Positions 20,225 to 28,675 of a DNA stretch of 51,307 bases are shown one piece after another (the first letter of the stretch is position 1; each line of letters opens with the position of its first letter). The notes under the pieces are model-generated. The model was not told the origin of the DNA, made no database searches, and saw only the letters and a list, made by a program, of their open reading frames with translations. The stretch is taken from the NCBI GenBank assembly GCA_035285545.1, contig JAYKGY010000123.1:1-51307 (forward strand), written 5' to 3'. This DNA comes from Snowella sp. (GTDB taxonomy: Bacteria; Cyanobacteriota; Cyanobacteriia; Cyanobacteriales; Microcystaceae). Made by a program: the position numbers and the translations under genes.

Positions 20225-20506
20225 GCTTTTAAGCAACCAGCCGATGGCTCCTCCAATAGTTCCACTAAAGATCGAGCTAATCATTGCAGTAGCGATAATC
20301 AAACCAATTTGTTTCCAATTTTTCAGTTCTCCTACTTTTTCGGCTAGGTCTGGAATTTTTTGAAGATTAGGTTGTTGAGATTGTAGAGTTGCTTCTATTT
20401 TCCCAACACTGACTTTAAGGTCGGTTATTTCAGTATCAAGACGGCTAAAACCAGATGTGATTAAGTCTTTTAATTCCTTAAGATCGGTATCGGTAAAAGT
20501 TGCCAT
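20192..20506 (-). CDS. Small coiled-coil protein with C-terminal TM anchor (array paralog 3, C-terminus reads into repeat A)
   Basis: MATFTDTDLKELKDLIT is nearly identical to the paralog 1 start. It has the conserved leader and a TM helix but lacks the FFPNP end. Confidence 0.82.
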   Translation of the reverse strand: MATFTDTDLKELKDLITSGFSRLDTEITDLKVSVGKIEATLQSQQPNLQKIPDLAEKVGELKNWKQIGLIIATAMISSIFSGTIGGAIGWLLKSAIADLVGYVI

Positions 20507-20624
20507 GAGTTATCTTTCCTTTAAGTCTTCGTTTGATTGAAGAGAAAAATTAGCTTCTTTTCTATTTTATAGGTTAATTTATCGGGTTTAGGTGCGATCG
20601 CTTGGCAACTGGATGATAGCGGGT

Positions 20625-20885
20625 TTAGGGATTAGGGAAAAATCCGAATTTGATAATTGCTCCAATAACAGCAACAATGAGAACCCAAATCTGAAATCGT
20701 TGACTTCCTTTGAGGTCTTTCACGTCGTCTTTGATGAGAGACACCTCTACCTTCAGCGCAGCTAAATCGCCTCTAGTTTCAGCCTGAGAGACTTTGAGGT
20801 CATTTAAGTCGCCTCGAATTTCTTTGAGTTCTTTTTGAATATCACCCAATACTTCTTTAAGGTCGGTTTCAATCGTGGTTGCCAT
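20625..20885 (-). CDS. Small coiled-coil protein with C-terminal TM anchor (array paralog 4)
   Basis: IETDLKEVL start, heptad stalk, SQRFQIWVLI TM, KFGFFPNP end like paralog 2. Confidence 0.85.
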   Translation of the reverse strand: MATTIETDLKEVLGDIQKELKEIRGDLNDLKVSQAETRGDLAALKVEVSLIKDDVKDLKGSQRFQIWVLIVAVIGAIIKFGFFPNP

Positions 20886-20982
20886 GAGTTATCTTTCCTT
20901 TACTCTTTGTTTGATTGAAGGGAAAAATTAGCTTTTTTTCTATTTTAGAGGGTAATTTATTGGAGTTAGATGCACTTAACTA

Positions 20983-21081
20983 ATTATTTCAGAGATTATT
21001 GGCGACAAATTATTGTATAGTGCGTGAAAAATAAAGCAAAAAGGCACGCTTAATAACGTCCCCTACAAGATCGGCGATCGC
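20983..21081. repeat. ~100-bp array repeat A, copy 3
   Basis: Direct repeat ending at HIP1 21074-21081, 7 nt from the nuclease gene stop. Confidence 0.9.
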
Positions 21082-21088
21082 ACTAAAC

Positions 21089-21853
21089 CTAAATAGGATT
21101 GATAAATACCAAGACTTTTAACTCATCCCTAGATTGACTCTCAAGATCTTTAGCAAGACCTCGTGGATTTGCAATGCGCCCATCAGAATCATAGACAAAA
21201 CATACAAGCGTCTTGCAGTCAGGATGAGACTTATACCTTTCAATGTCGATAATAAGTTGATCTCCAAGTTCTTTATCTCCAAGGCCCTTGCGTGTCATTT
21301 TTACCTCAATGACGATTTCCTGTTCTTTCAAAACAAAATCTATCCTTGAACATTTTCCTGCATAGCTTGGTGTCCACTCCTCTGTTCTAATATCATCAAA
21401 ATAAATTTGGAGTAGTGCGTTAAGGAGATCCTGAACATCATATTCATCATTAATATCGAGAGTGGCACGATTGTCATGCCGTTTTCTAAGGGCTTTAGCA
21501 ATACGATGAATTTTTGAAAATAAGTTTTGGAGTTCTTCGACTGCCTCTCTTTCTTTGATCGACTGAGAAAATAATTCCTTATTCTGCACCCAGGGGAATT
21601 TTTCTCCACAGTGCTGACAAAATTCGGGAGCACTAGGTGTAATTCCAAGTACAGCAATACCAGTATCTTGCATTGCGCCAGGTATTGGATTATTGCATTT
21701 CAGACATTGAGTTATTGTTCTTCCACCACACTCAGTACAGAAATCTTTATTGTACTGAGGATATTTTTTATAGCTTTCGTTAATTACGTGTCCGTTTAAA
21801 CATACCTGCATAATATCGCGCCACGGCTGACGTTCGTATCGATCAAAGTACAC
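21089..21853 (-). CDS. Zn-ribbon (DUF2321-like) plus PD-(D/E)xK restriction-endonuclease-like fusion protein
   Basis: N-terminal CLNGH, CTECG, CLKC and CQHCGEKFPW. The C-terminal DEYDVQDLL...EEWTPSYAG..SRIDF...IEVK resembles the REase_DpnII-MboI-like domain. Confidence 0.75.
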   Translation of the reverse strand: MYFDRYERQPWRDIMQVCLNGHVINESYKKYPQYNKDFCTECGGRTITQCLKCNNPIPGAMQDTGIAVLGITPSAPEFCQHCGEKFPWVQNKELFSQSIKEREAVEELQNLFSKIHRIAKALRKRHDNRATLDINDEYDVQDLLNALLQIYFDDIRTEEWTPSYAGKCSRIDFVLKEQEIVIEVKMTRKGLGDKELGDQLIIDIERYKSHPDCKTLVCFVYDSDGRIANPRGLAKDLESQSRDELKVLVFINPI

Positions 21854-22049
21854 TGTAATCTCTCCATAGACTTTCTAACTATGGATTATACAGAAAATCT
21901 CCGTATGTAAGCCCAAGTACAAATTTTATTGAAAAAATTTTGTATATTGCCTCAAATAAAATGACAGCAAGAAAAATTCCGTAAAATCTCCCTAAAAAGA
22001 GTATTATGCAGATATAGAACTGAAAAAAATACTCTTTTTTGCTCCAACC

Positions 22050-23402
22050 TTAAACTAACGTTAAAGCTAAAGCGCGGAAATCATCGCCCCGATGTTCAAA
22101 ACTTTGATATTGATCAAAACTGGCACATGCAGGAGAAAGTAATACAACTTTTGCCCCTTTTTGCGGAGCTAATTCTGCACCCCGTTTAACCGCATTCGCC
22201 ATCGTTTCAACAATTTCGTAATCGTTATAGCCTGCATTAGTAAACTGTTGAGCAAACGCAGGGGCCGCGTCTCCGATTAATAACACCGTTGCCGCTTTTG
22301 CTTTAATTTCCGCAATCCACTGGCTATCATCTCCCTCTTTTGCCTCTCCCCCTGCAATGAGAATAACAGGTGCGTCCACTGAGGCTAAACCAACCGCCGC
22401 CGCATCATAGTTAGTTGCCTTACTATCATTAATAAAATCAACGCCGTTAAACGTGCAGATTCGTTCTAGTCGATGGGGTACACCAGAGAAACTGACTATC
22501 GCCTCTGTGATCGCTTTTTTGTCAATCCCTGCTAAACGGGCAGCAGCGATCGCCATTAAGAGATTTTGATGATTATGACTGCCCACCATTTTAAACAGGT
22601 TAAGGGGTAGAATTAACTCCCCAAAAGTAAACACCCAATTATCTTGCAGATATGCCCCCTTGCTGGGTTCACATAAGAGAGACGCTTTCCCTTTCACACT
22701 TGTCCAGTAGGCATCGGCCCATTGTGCTTTGCCAATTTGCGACAAATAAGCATCGTCACCATTGAAAATAGGGTTTTCTGTTCGTTTTAATAAGGAAGCT
22801 TTGATGTTGTAGTAATTATCTAAGGTTTTATGACGACTGAGGTGATCGGGGGTAAAGGTTGTCCAAAGTCCAATTTTCGGGGCAAGCTCACGGGACGACT
22901 CGATTTGATAACTGCTGATTTCCCCAATAATCCAATCATAGGACTGGTTTTGTAAAAATAACTCACAGGCTGCGTAGCCGATATTGCCACAGGCGGGCGC
23001 GTTTAATCCTGCGGCTTGGAAAATGGCTGCGGTTAAGGCGGTAGTAGTCGTTTTTCCGTTGGTTCCCGTAATTCCGACCCAAGGCACGTTTTTGAGGTGT
23101 CGCCAAGCCAGTTCAATTTCTCCGATTACATCGATCCCCAACTCTCGCGCTTGCCCTAAAACAGGAACATCCCAAGGAACCCCAGGACTGACAACAATTA
23201 AGTCGGGTCGGTCTTCTGCGGCTAAGTTCAAAGAGTGGCCAAGCTGAACGTCAATGCCTTCTTGTCGTAGGGGCGCGCTCTGGGTTTGTAGACTTTCGTT
23301 ATTGTTGCGATCGCTGAGGGTAACATCCCATCCATCCCGTTTTAAAACTCTCGCTGCCGCAATGCCTGAACGTCCTAACCCGATAACAGTAGCTTTGACC
23401 AT
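22050..23402 (-). CDS. murD: UDP-N-acetylmuramoyl-L-alanine--D-glutamate ligase
   Basis: [39 protein letters not shown] and [12 protein letters not shown] motifs. Confidence 0.97.
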   Translation of the reverse strand: MVKATVIGLGRSGIAAARVLKRDGWDVTLSDRNNNESLQTQSAPLRQEGIDVQLGHSLNLAAEDRPDLIVVSPGVPWDVPVLGQARELGIDVIGEIELAWRHLKNVPWVGITGTNGKTTTTALTAAIFQAAGLNAPACGNIGYAACELFLQNQSYDWIIGEISSYQIESSRELAPKIGLWTTFTPDHLSRHKTLDNYYNIKASLLKRTENPIFNGDDAYLSQIGKAQWADAYWTSVKGKASLLCEPSKGAYLQDNWVFTFGELILPLNLFKMVGSHNHQNLLMAIAAARLAGIDKKAITEAIVSFSGVPHRLERICTFNGVDFINDSKATNYDAAAVGLASVDAPVILIAGGEAKEGDDSQWIAEIKAKAATVLLIGDAAPAFAQQFTNAGYNDYEIVETMANAVKRGAELAPQKGAKVVLLSPACASFDQYQSFEHRGDDFRALALTLV

Positions 23403-23704
23403 CCTGAATCTTAACTTGAAATATTAAATAAATACGATATCCTATCGTAACTTCGAGTGGGCCTATTTTTATCGATTACAGCTTACTGAAAGGAATTTAC
23501 CGCGAAAAAAACATCGCTTTTCCTCTCTCTTTTGCTAACTATCATTCCCCATGTCATTACATTCTGGGATCAAGCGATCGCGAAAAACAAAGACCTACAA
23601 ACGAGTGAATGAATCTAAGCGGTGGATATCGACTACAAATTGAGTCAATGACCCTCACCCTTTGCTTATGGCTTTTGGTTTAAGTTAAATTAATTTAATT
23701 TAAT

Positions 23705-24064
23705 TTAATTTAATTGAAACTGGGGAATATAGTTGGGTTTTTCAGTGGAATTGCCAATCAAGGCAGGTTCTTTAACCAAATTAGCCAACTCTTGTAATTG
23801 GCTGATAGCTTCTGCTCCTTCTAATTTCATTAACTCGCGATCGTCGCGCATTTCTGTCCAGGTGATACCGTAGTCCGACACCAGAAAACGAATCAGATGA
23901 TTTTCTCCCAAGCTAACCATAAAAGATGCACTATTCATTTGTCCGCCGCAGGTATAGCAGGATGCCAGATAGTTCCGGTTCTCCAGAACGATCGCCAAAG
24001 CCTGCAAGTTCATAACCAAGTCGCGAACAAAGTCTTTATGTTGTTGTGCGAGTCGTGTAAACAC
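23705..24064 (-). CDS. DUF1815 family conserved cyanobacterial protein
   Basis: LVMNLQALA...ASCYTCG...SASFMVSLG...IRFLVSDYGITWTE. GTG start with GGAGG RBS. Confidence 0.8.
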   Translation of the reverse strand: MFTRLAQQHKDFVRDLVMNLQALAIVLENRNYLASCYTCGGQMNSASFMVSLGENHLIRFLVSDYGITWTEMRDDRELMKLEGAEAISQLQELANLVKEPALIGNSTEKPNYIPQFQLN

Positions 24065-24652
24065 GTTGCCTCCTGTAAAAAATACCTAGTTAAAATCTTA
24101 ATACTTTTTTAAGATTTTTTTTTAGGAAAATAATTTATTCTTTTTGAACGGGTTTGGCGATAGTGCCAGTTCCCTCCCTCGCTTACGGTAGCTCAGTTTT
24201 CTGGAAATGTCTCGTATCCGAGGCTACGGTATCGTCGAGTTGTGATGAAGTCTTCAGATTTAATGTCTCCATTTTGAGCAATCACCCATTTCCCTCCCTA
24301 TCAAGATAAATTGAGAGACTCAGATCAATAGGGATCGGTTTCTAATTCTTAGCTGTAACCTAACATTCCCTTCAACGAATCAGGAACTATCATCCGAATT
24401 ATAATTTTACACCGCTCTTTCTCAAGCGATCGCGATCGCTGGACTCCGTGTTCACGAATCATCACAATTCTTACGCGGTTAGATAGAACAAAGCTGGTCT
24501 AATTTCAAGTAAGATTAAAATAATAGAAAGAATATTCGTTAATTACTCGCTAAGGTCTATATTTTTAATTAAAAATTCGATTGTTTGCAAAGGTGGTGGG
24601 CATTATGCCCAGAGGAGTGAGCCTTTCCATTGACTGTTGATTTTCAGGCTAG

Positions 24653-25033
24653 ATGAGGCTTACTAATATGTTGAATCTGTTGAATTTACGGAATTCTGCT
24701 GTCGTTTTATCTCTCAGTGCATTAACGCTAAGCGTAACAACGCCGGTTTTAGCTCAATCTCTGATCCCTCGTCCCCTAACCGAAACGGCTCCTTTGCCGA
24801 CTCATCGAGGAACAGCGGACGATTTACGCGGTATTCGCCCTCGCAATTCTCTGATTTGGTTTGGCGGCGTTGGTGGGGGTGATGATGAAGAAGTTGAAGA
24901 GTCGGTCTATGAAATCCGTCAGCCCAGGGGGAGCCTCCCTTTATTTGATCCCGATCGGGTGCCGATTCATTGGGATACTAATTCTGGGGAACCGCAAGCG
25001 GACAGTTTTTTGATCCCGTTGTCTCAATTCTAA
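24653..25033 (+). CDS. Secreted hypothetical protein
   Basis: Signal peptide ending PVLA-Q. Alternative ATG at 24668. Confidence 0.6.
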   Translation: MRLTNMLNLLNLRNSAVVLSLSALTLSVTTPVLAQSLIPRPLTETAPLPTHRGTADDLRGIRPRNSLIWFGGVGGGDDEEVEESVYEIRQPRGSLPLFDPDRVPIHWDTNSGEPQADSFLIPLSQF

Positions 25034-25046
25034 GGAGTAGGCTTGT

Positions 25047-25898
25047 TTATTCTAGGAATTGAAGAAATCGAGGATGGGTTTTTAAGGTTTCAAACAGCGG
25101 TTCTGCGATCGCCAATTCTTTATAAACTTGGGGGAAGCAGTCAATTGCTTTCTCTAAACAATTGAGGGTTTGATCCCAATTTTGGAGTTGAGCATAACAG
25201 AGGGCTTGGTCATACCAGGCATAATCATCATCGGGATCAAGGGTTAAGGCTTGTTGATAGGCGGCGATCGCGTTCTCAAAGCGGCCAATGGTTTGCCAAA
25301 TCTGCGCCTGTTGATACCACGACCAATAATCTTTGGGTTTAATCAGCAACGCTTGTTGATAATTGCGAATAGCATCAGCAAAGCGACCCCACTCCCGTAG
25401 GCAATCTGCCCGTCGATAGGTTGTCCAATAATCCTCAGGACGAATGTGTAAGGTGCGATCATAGGCGGCTAGGGCTTGAAAATAGCGACCCGATAGACGG
25501 TAGCATTCGGCCAGACGATAGGAAGCCCAATAATCATTGGGAACGGCTAATAAGGCTTTTTCAAAACAGGTGATCGCTTTGGCGTAATTTTTTAAACCGT
25601 CAAAATAAACGTAACCTTGATCGTACCAGGCCCAATAATTTTGGGGTTCAATGGTCAGCGCATTTTCATAACTCGCGATCGCGTCTTCGTAGCGGCCTAA
25701 TTCATCTAAAATAATCCCGCGTTTATACCAAGCCCAATAATCTTGCGGATAATATTCTAAGGCTCTTTCATAGCTGATTAAGGCTTCTAAATACCGACCT
25801 TCTTCTAACAAAACATTCGCCTGTTGATACCAACCTTGGTAATTATCGGGGCGACATTCTAAGGAATTATAAACGGTTAATTGGGGATTTCTAGCCAT
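25047..25898 (-). CDS. Tetratricopeptide repeat protein
   Basis: About seven 34-aa repeats with YWAWY..G / AI..YE.AL pattern. Confidence 0.9.
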   Translation of the reverse strand: MARNPQLTVYNSLECRPDNYQGWYQQANVLLEEGRYLEALISYERALEYYPQDYWAWYKRGIILDELGRYEDAIASYENALTIEPQNYWAWYDQGYVYFDGLKNYAKAITCFEKALLAVPNDYWASYRLAECYRLSGRYFQALAAYDRTLHIRPEDYWTTYRRADCLREWGRFADAIRNYQQALLIKPKDYWSWYQQAQIWQTIGRFENAIAAYQQALTLDPDDDYAWYDQALCYAQLQNWDQTLNCLEKAIDCFPQVYKELAIAEPLFETLKTHPRFLQFLE

Positions 25899-26011
25899 AC
25901 GAATTGAAAAGGGTTAATCGTAATCGTAACAATTTTTAGGTTATAGAATTTTGATACAATGCAGAAATTTAAACAAATAATTCTTGAATTACCAATGATG
26001 AGTTAGCGATC

Positions 26012-27229
26012 ATGCTGCCTTCCGAATTACTCATCCATCGGCGTAGTGGTGAAACTATTATCCCTAAACGTCTCCTGATTGACAATAGCGTCCTGAAGCT
26101 GGCTCAGGAACAAATTGAGCTTTTTCAACAGAGTTTAGGAGAAACCCAAGGGCAATTAGATGAAAAATTAGCCGATCTAGAAGGAGATAGCCCCCATTAC
26201 AAAGTGATCCGCGGTTTAGCCCATCTTTTAAAAAATCATTTTTCCACTTTTGAAGTGATTAGTCCCCTCGACCCCATTGATCTTCGCAAAAAAGTGTTTA
26301 GTCAAGCGGCTGCTCAAATTTTTACTGCCCTACAAAAAGCGGAATTGTTAACCCAATTAGGCCATCAATTCAGCCAAGAACTGAATCGCGAAGTTTTGCC
26401 GATAGAAATTGAACGGGGACTCTATGCCGATTTACCAGAAAATCGGATTTTTACCCAATTTGATCCGCCCCTGCCTGAAGCCTTAATTCATCGATATAAT
26501 CTTTCCCAAGTCCAGGGGGTTTTCTATCGGGCCAATCACATTATCATTAATGCCCACCGCAATGATCCGGGTGAATATAAGTTGCTTTTTCGCTACCTCA
26601 AATTATTCCAATTGATGGCCTATATTGAAGGCGATGCCGACACGGGTTTTACCATTACCATTGATGGCCCCACCAGTTTATTTAAAGCCAGTACCCGCTA
26701 TGGTTTAGCCCTGGCCAAGTTAGTTCCTGCTCTCTTACACGTCAGCAAATGGAATCTCCAGGCGAAATTAAGTCATCAAGACAGTTATAGCGGTGAAGCC
26801 AGAATGACCTATTTTCAGTTAAGCGATCGCTGCGATTTAGTCACCCACTATCCGCCTGGAAAACCTTACGACAGTATGCTGGAAAGCTCCTTTGCTAACG
26901 GATGGGAAAAACTGAAAACCGAATGGCGATTAGAACGAGAAGTAGACCTGATCCCCGTCCCAGGTAGCGTCATGATCCCTGATTTCCGTCTAGTTCACCC
27001 CGATGGCCGCACCTTTTTATTAGAAATCGTCGGTTATTGGCGACCTGAATACTTACAGAAAAAGTTTTATCAAGTGCGCCGTGCCGAAGTCGATAACCTC
27101 ATTTTGGCCATTTCAGAACGACTGAATCTAGAAAAAGCTGGCGTTAAATTAGCCGATACCCCTGCCCGAATTCTTTGGTTTAAAGATAAGCTCAGCCCTA
27201 AGTCCGTTTTAGAAGCCTTAGAAAGATGA
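26012..27229 (+). CDS. DUF790 (Bax1-like) nuclease family protein
   Basis: MLPSELL start, LYADL, LIHRYNLSQVQG, IDGPTSLF..STRYG, YDSMLE, IPDF...LLEIVGYWRPEYL. Confidence 0.85.
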   Translation: MLPSELLIHRRSGETIIPKRLLIDNSVLKLAQEQIELFQQSLGETQGQLDEKLADLEGDSPHYKVIRGLAHLLKNHFSTFEVISPLDPIDLRKKVFSQAAAQIFTALQKAELLTQLGHQFSQELNREVLPIEIERGLYADLPENRIFTQFDPPLPEALIHRYNLSQVQGVFYRANHIIINAHRNDPGEYKLLFRYLKLFQLMAYIEGDADTGFTITIDGPTSLFKASTRYGLALAKLVPALLHVSKWNLQAKLSHQDSYSGEARMTYFQLSDRCDLVTHYPPGKPYDSMLESSFANGWEKLKTEWRLEREVDLIPVPGSVMIPDFRLVHPDGRTFLLEIVGYWRPEYLQKKFYQVRRAEVDNLILAISERLNLEKAGVKLADTPARILWFKDKLSPKSVLEALER

Positions 27230-27305
27230 TATTTAACTTTTAGTTGAGTTTCTTGGGTTTGACCCCTTGTTCTCCGTAAAGCAATCAATTGAGTCAATAT
27301 CTTCT

Positions 27306-27347
27306 GTAGCTGAATTAACGATTTGGTCAATCCAGATACCGTATGAT
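27306..27347 (+). promoter_or_regulatory. Putative NtcA-activated promoter of urtD
   Basis: GTAGCTGAATTAAC (GTA-N8-AAC, one mismatch), then exactly 22 nt, then TATGAT (27342-27347). Confidence 0.55.
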
Positions 27348-27395
27348 GATTAAGTCTTTTTGTGTATTTAACCCAACTGTTTTATAACATATCCA

Positions 27396-28496
27396 ATGGC
27401 TGGAAAAATTCTGGAAATTGAAAATTTAACGGTTAGTTTTGATGGATTTAAAGCCCTCAATAACCTCAACTTTAGTATGGATACGGGAGAGTTACGGGTC
27501 ATCATTGGGCCCAATGGTGCAGGCAAAACCACCTTTCTCGATATCATTACCGGAAAAGTCCAGCCAACCGAAGGGAGAGTCCTCTTTAAAGGCAAAAATT
27601 TACGCAATATTCCCGAATATAAAATTTCCTGTTTAGGCGTTGGTCGTAAATTTCAAACCCCCCGCGTCTATCTCAACTTAACCGTCAGTGAAAATTTAGA
27701 TTTAGCCGTTAATCGTCAAAAAAACGTTTGGTCAACTCTGTTTAGCAAAGCCTCTTCTGCGGAAACTCGAACCGTTGCAGGGTTATTAGAAACCGTTGGT
27801 CTGGTGGCTAAAGCAACTTTACCTGCTGCCTTGCTATCTCATGGCGAAAAGCAACGGCTAGAAATTGGGATGTTAGTCGCCCAATCCCCTGATTTATTAC
27901 TGGTGGATGAACCTGTCGCTGGCTTAACCGATGAGGAAACGGAAAACGTCGGGGCTTTACTGTTGGCCTTAGCAGAGAGCCATTCCATTATCGTGATTGA
28001 GCATGACATGGAGTTTGTACGCCAGATTGCCCGTAAGGTAACGGTTTTACATCAAGGCTCCGTTCTTTGTGAAGGAACGATGGATGAGGTACAAAATGAT
28101 CCCCGTGTCATTGAAGTTTATCTGGGTCAAGAAAGTTCTTTATCTCCCCATCAGGTCAAAATTTTGCGGATTGTGCAGGCCGTAGCGACGGAAGATGGCG
28201 CATTATCGACAGAAGAGCAGCAGAAAATTGTCGAACAATTAAGCCTTATTTTTGCTGAAAAACCAGAAGATCAAGAAAAATTAGCCCATGAGCTAGCCGA
28301 TTATTTATTGCAGGAAGTCGATAGTGATTTAGCCACCTTAACCGCAGAAATTACCGATCCCGAAGAACAGCAGTTAGTCCTCAAAACCTGTTATCAAGTC
28401 ATGGGTCAGAATTACACAAGTTATCAGCGTTTAGGCGGATTATTAAACCTATCACCGGAAGCGGTTGAGCAAATTCAACAGTCTGCTGCTCAATAA
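27396..28496 (+). CDS. urtD: Urea ABC transporter ATP-binding subunit with ~120-aa C-terminal extension
   Basis: GPNGAGKTT, GRKFQTP, LSHGEKQRLEIGM, VIEHDM, VQNDPRVIEVYLG followed by an extra helical domain. Confidence 0.92.
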   Translation: MAGKILEIENLTVSFDGFKALNNLNFSMDTGELRVIIGPNGAGKTTFLDIITGKVQPTEGRVLFKGKNLRNIPEYKISCLGVGRKFQTPRVYLNLTVSENLDLAVNRQKNVWSTLFSKASSAETRTVAGLLETVGLVAKATLPAALLSHGEKQRLEIGMLVAQSPDLLLVDEPVAGLTDEETENVGALLLALAESHSIIVIEHDMEFVRQIARKVTVLHQGSVLCEGTMDEVQNDPRVIEVYLGQESSLSPHQVKILRIVQAVATEDGALSTEEQQKIVEQLSLIFAEKPEDQEKLAHELADYLLQEVDSDLATLTAEITDPEEQQLVLKTCYQVMGQNYTSYQRLGGLLNLSPEAVEQIQQSAAQ

Positions 28497-28561
28497 AGCT
28501 TTTAACGCATTACTGAATGAAAGTATGAACTTTATTAATTCTATTTCATTAATTTGGGATT

Positions 28562-28622
28562 GCCCCCTAAATCTCCCAATACTGGGGGACTTTTGATCAC
28601 TTTAATTCATAAGTTCCCCTAA
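28562..28622. repeat. Degenerate G/C-run intergenic repeat/hairpin
   Basis: GCCCCCTAAATCTCCCAATACTGGGGGACTTT...AAGTTCCCCTAA, similar in style to cyanobacterial short dispersed repeats. Confidence 0.4.
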
Positions 28623-28675
28623 TTACTTTTTTCTCAACAATTACAAAATTTTTACGCTCAGACTTTAAAAAAACT

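Noticed and set aside
18591..20885. Diversity-generating retroelement (TR/VR pairs)
   Set aside because: No reverse transcriptase in the window, and the differences between paralogs are not adenine-specific.
19418..21081. Repeat A as a XerCD dif/pdif site
   Set aside because: Only GTTAAAT matches the XerD arm, there is no XerC arm at the right spacing, and copy 3 differs.
18411..21853. CRISPR array or classical integron
   Set aside because: The repeats are ~100 bp with gene-sized intervals, there is no cas or intI gene, and repeat A lacks a paired RYYYAAC/GTTRRRY attC hairpin (GTTAAAT is not conserved in copy 3).
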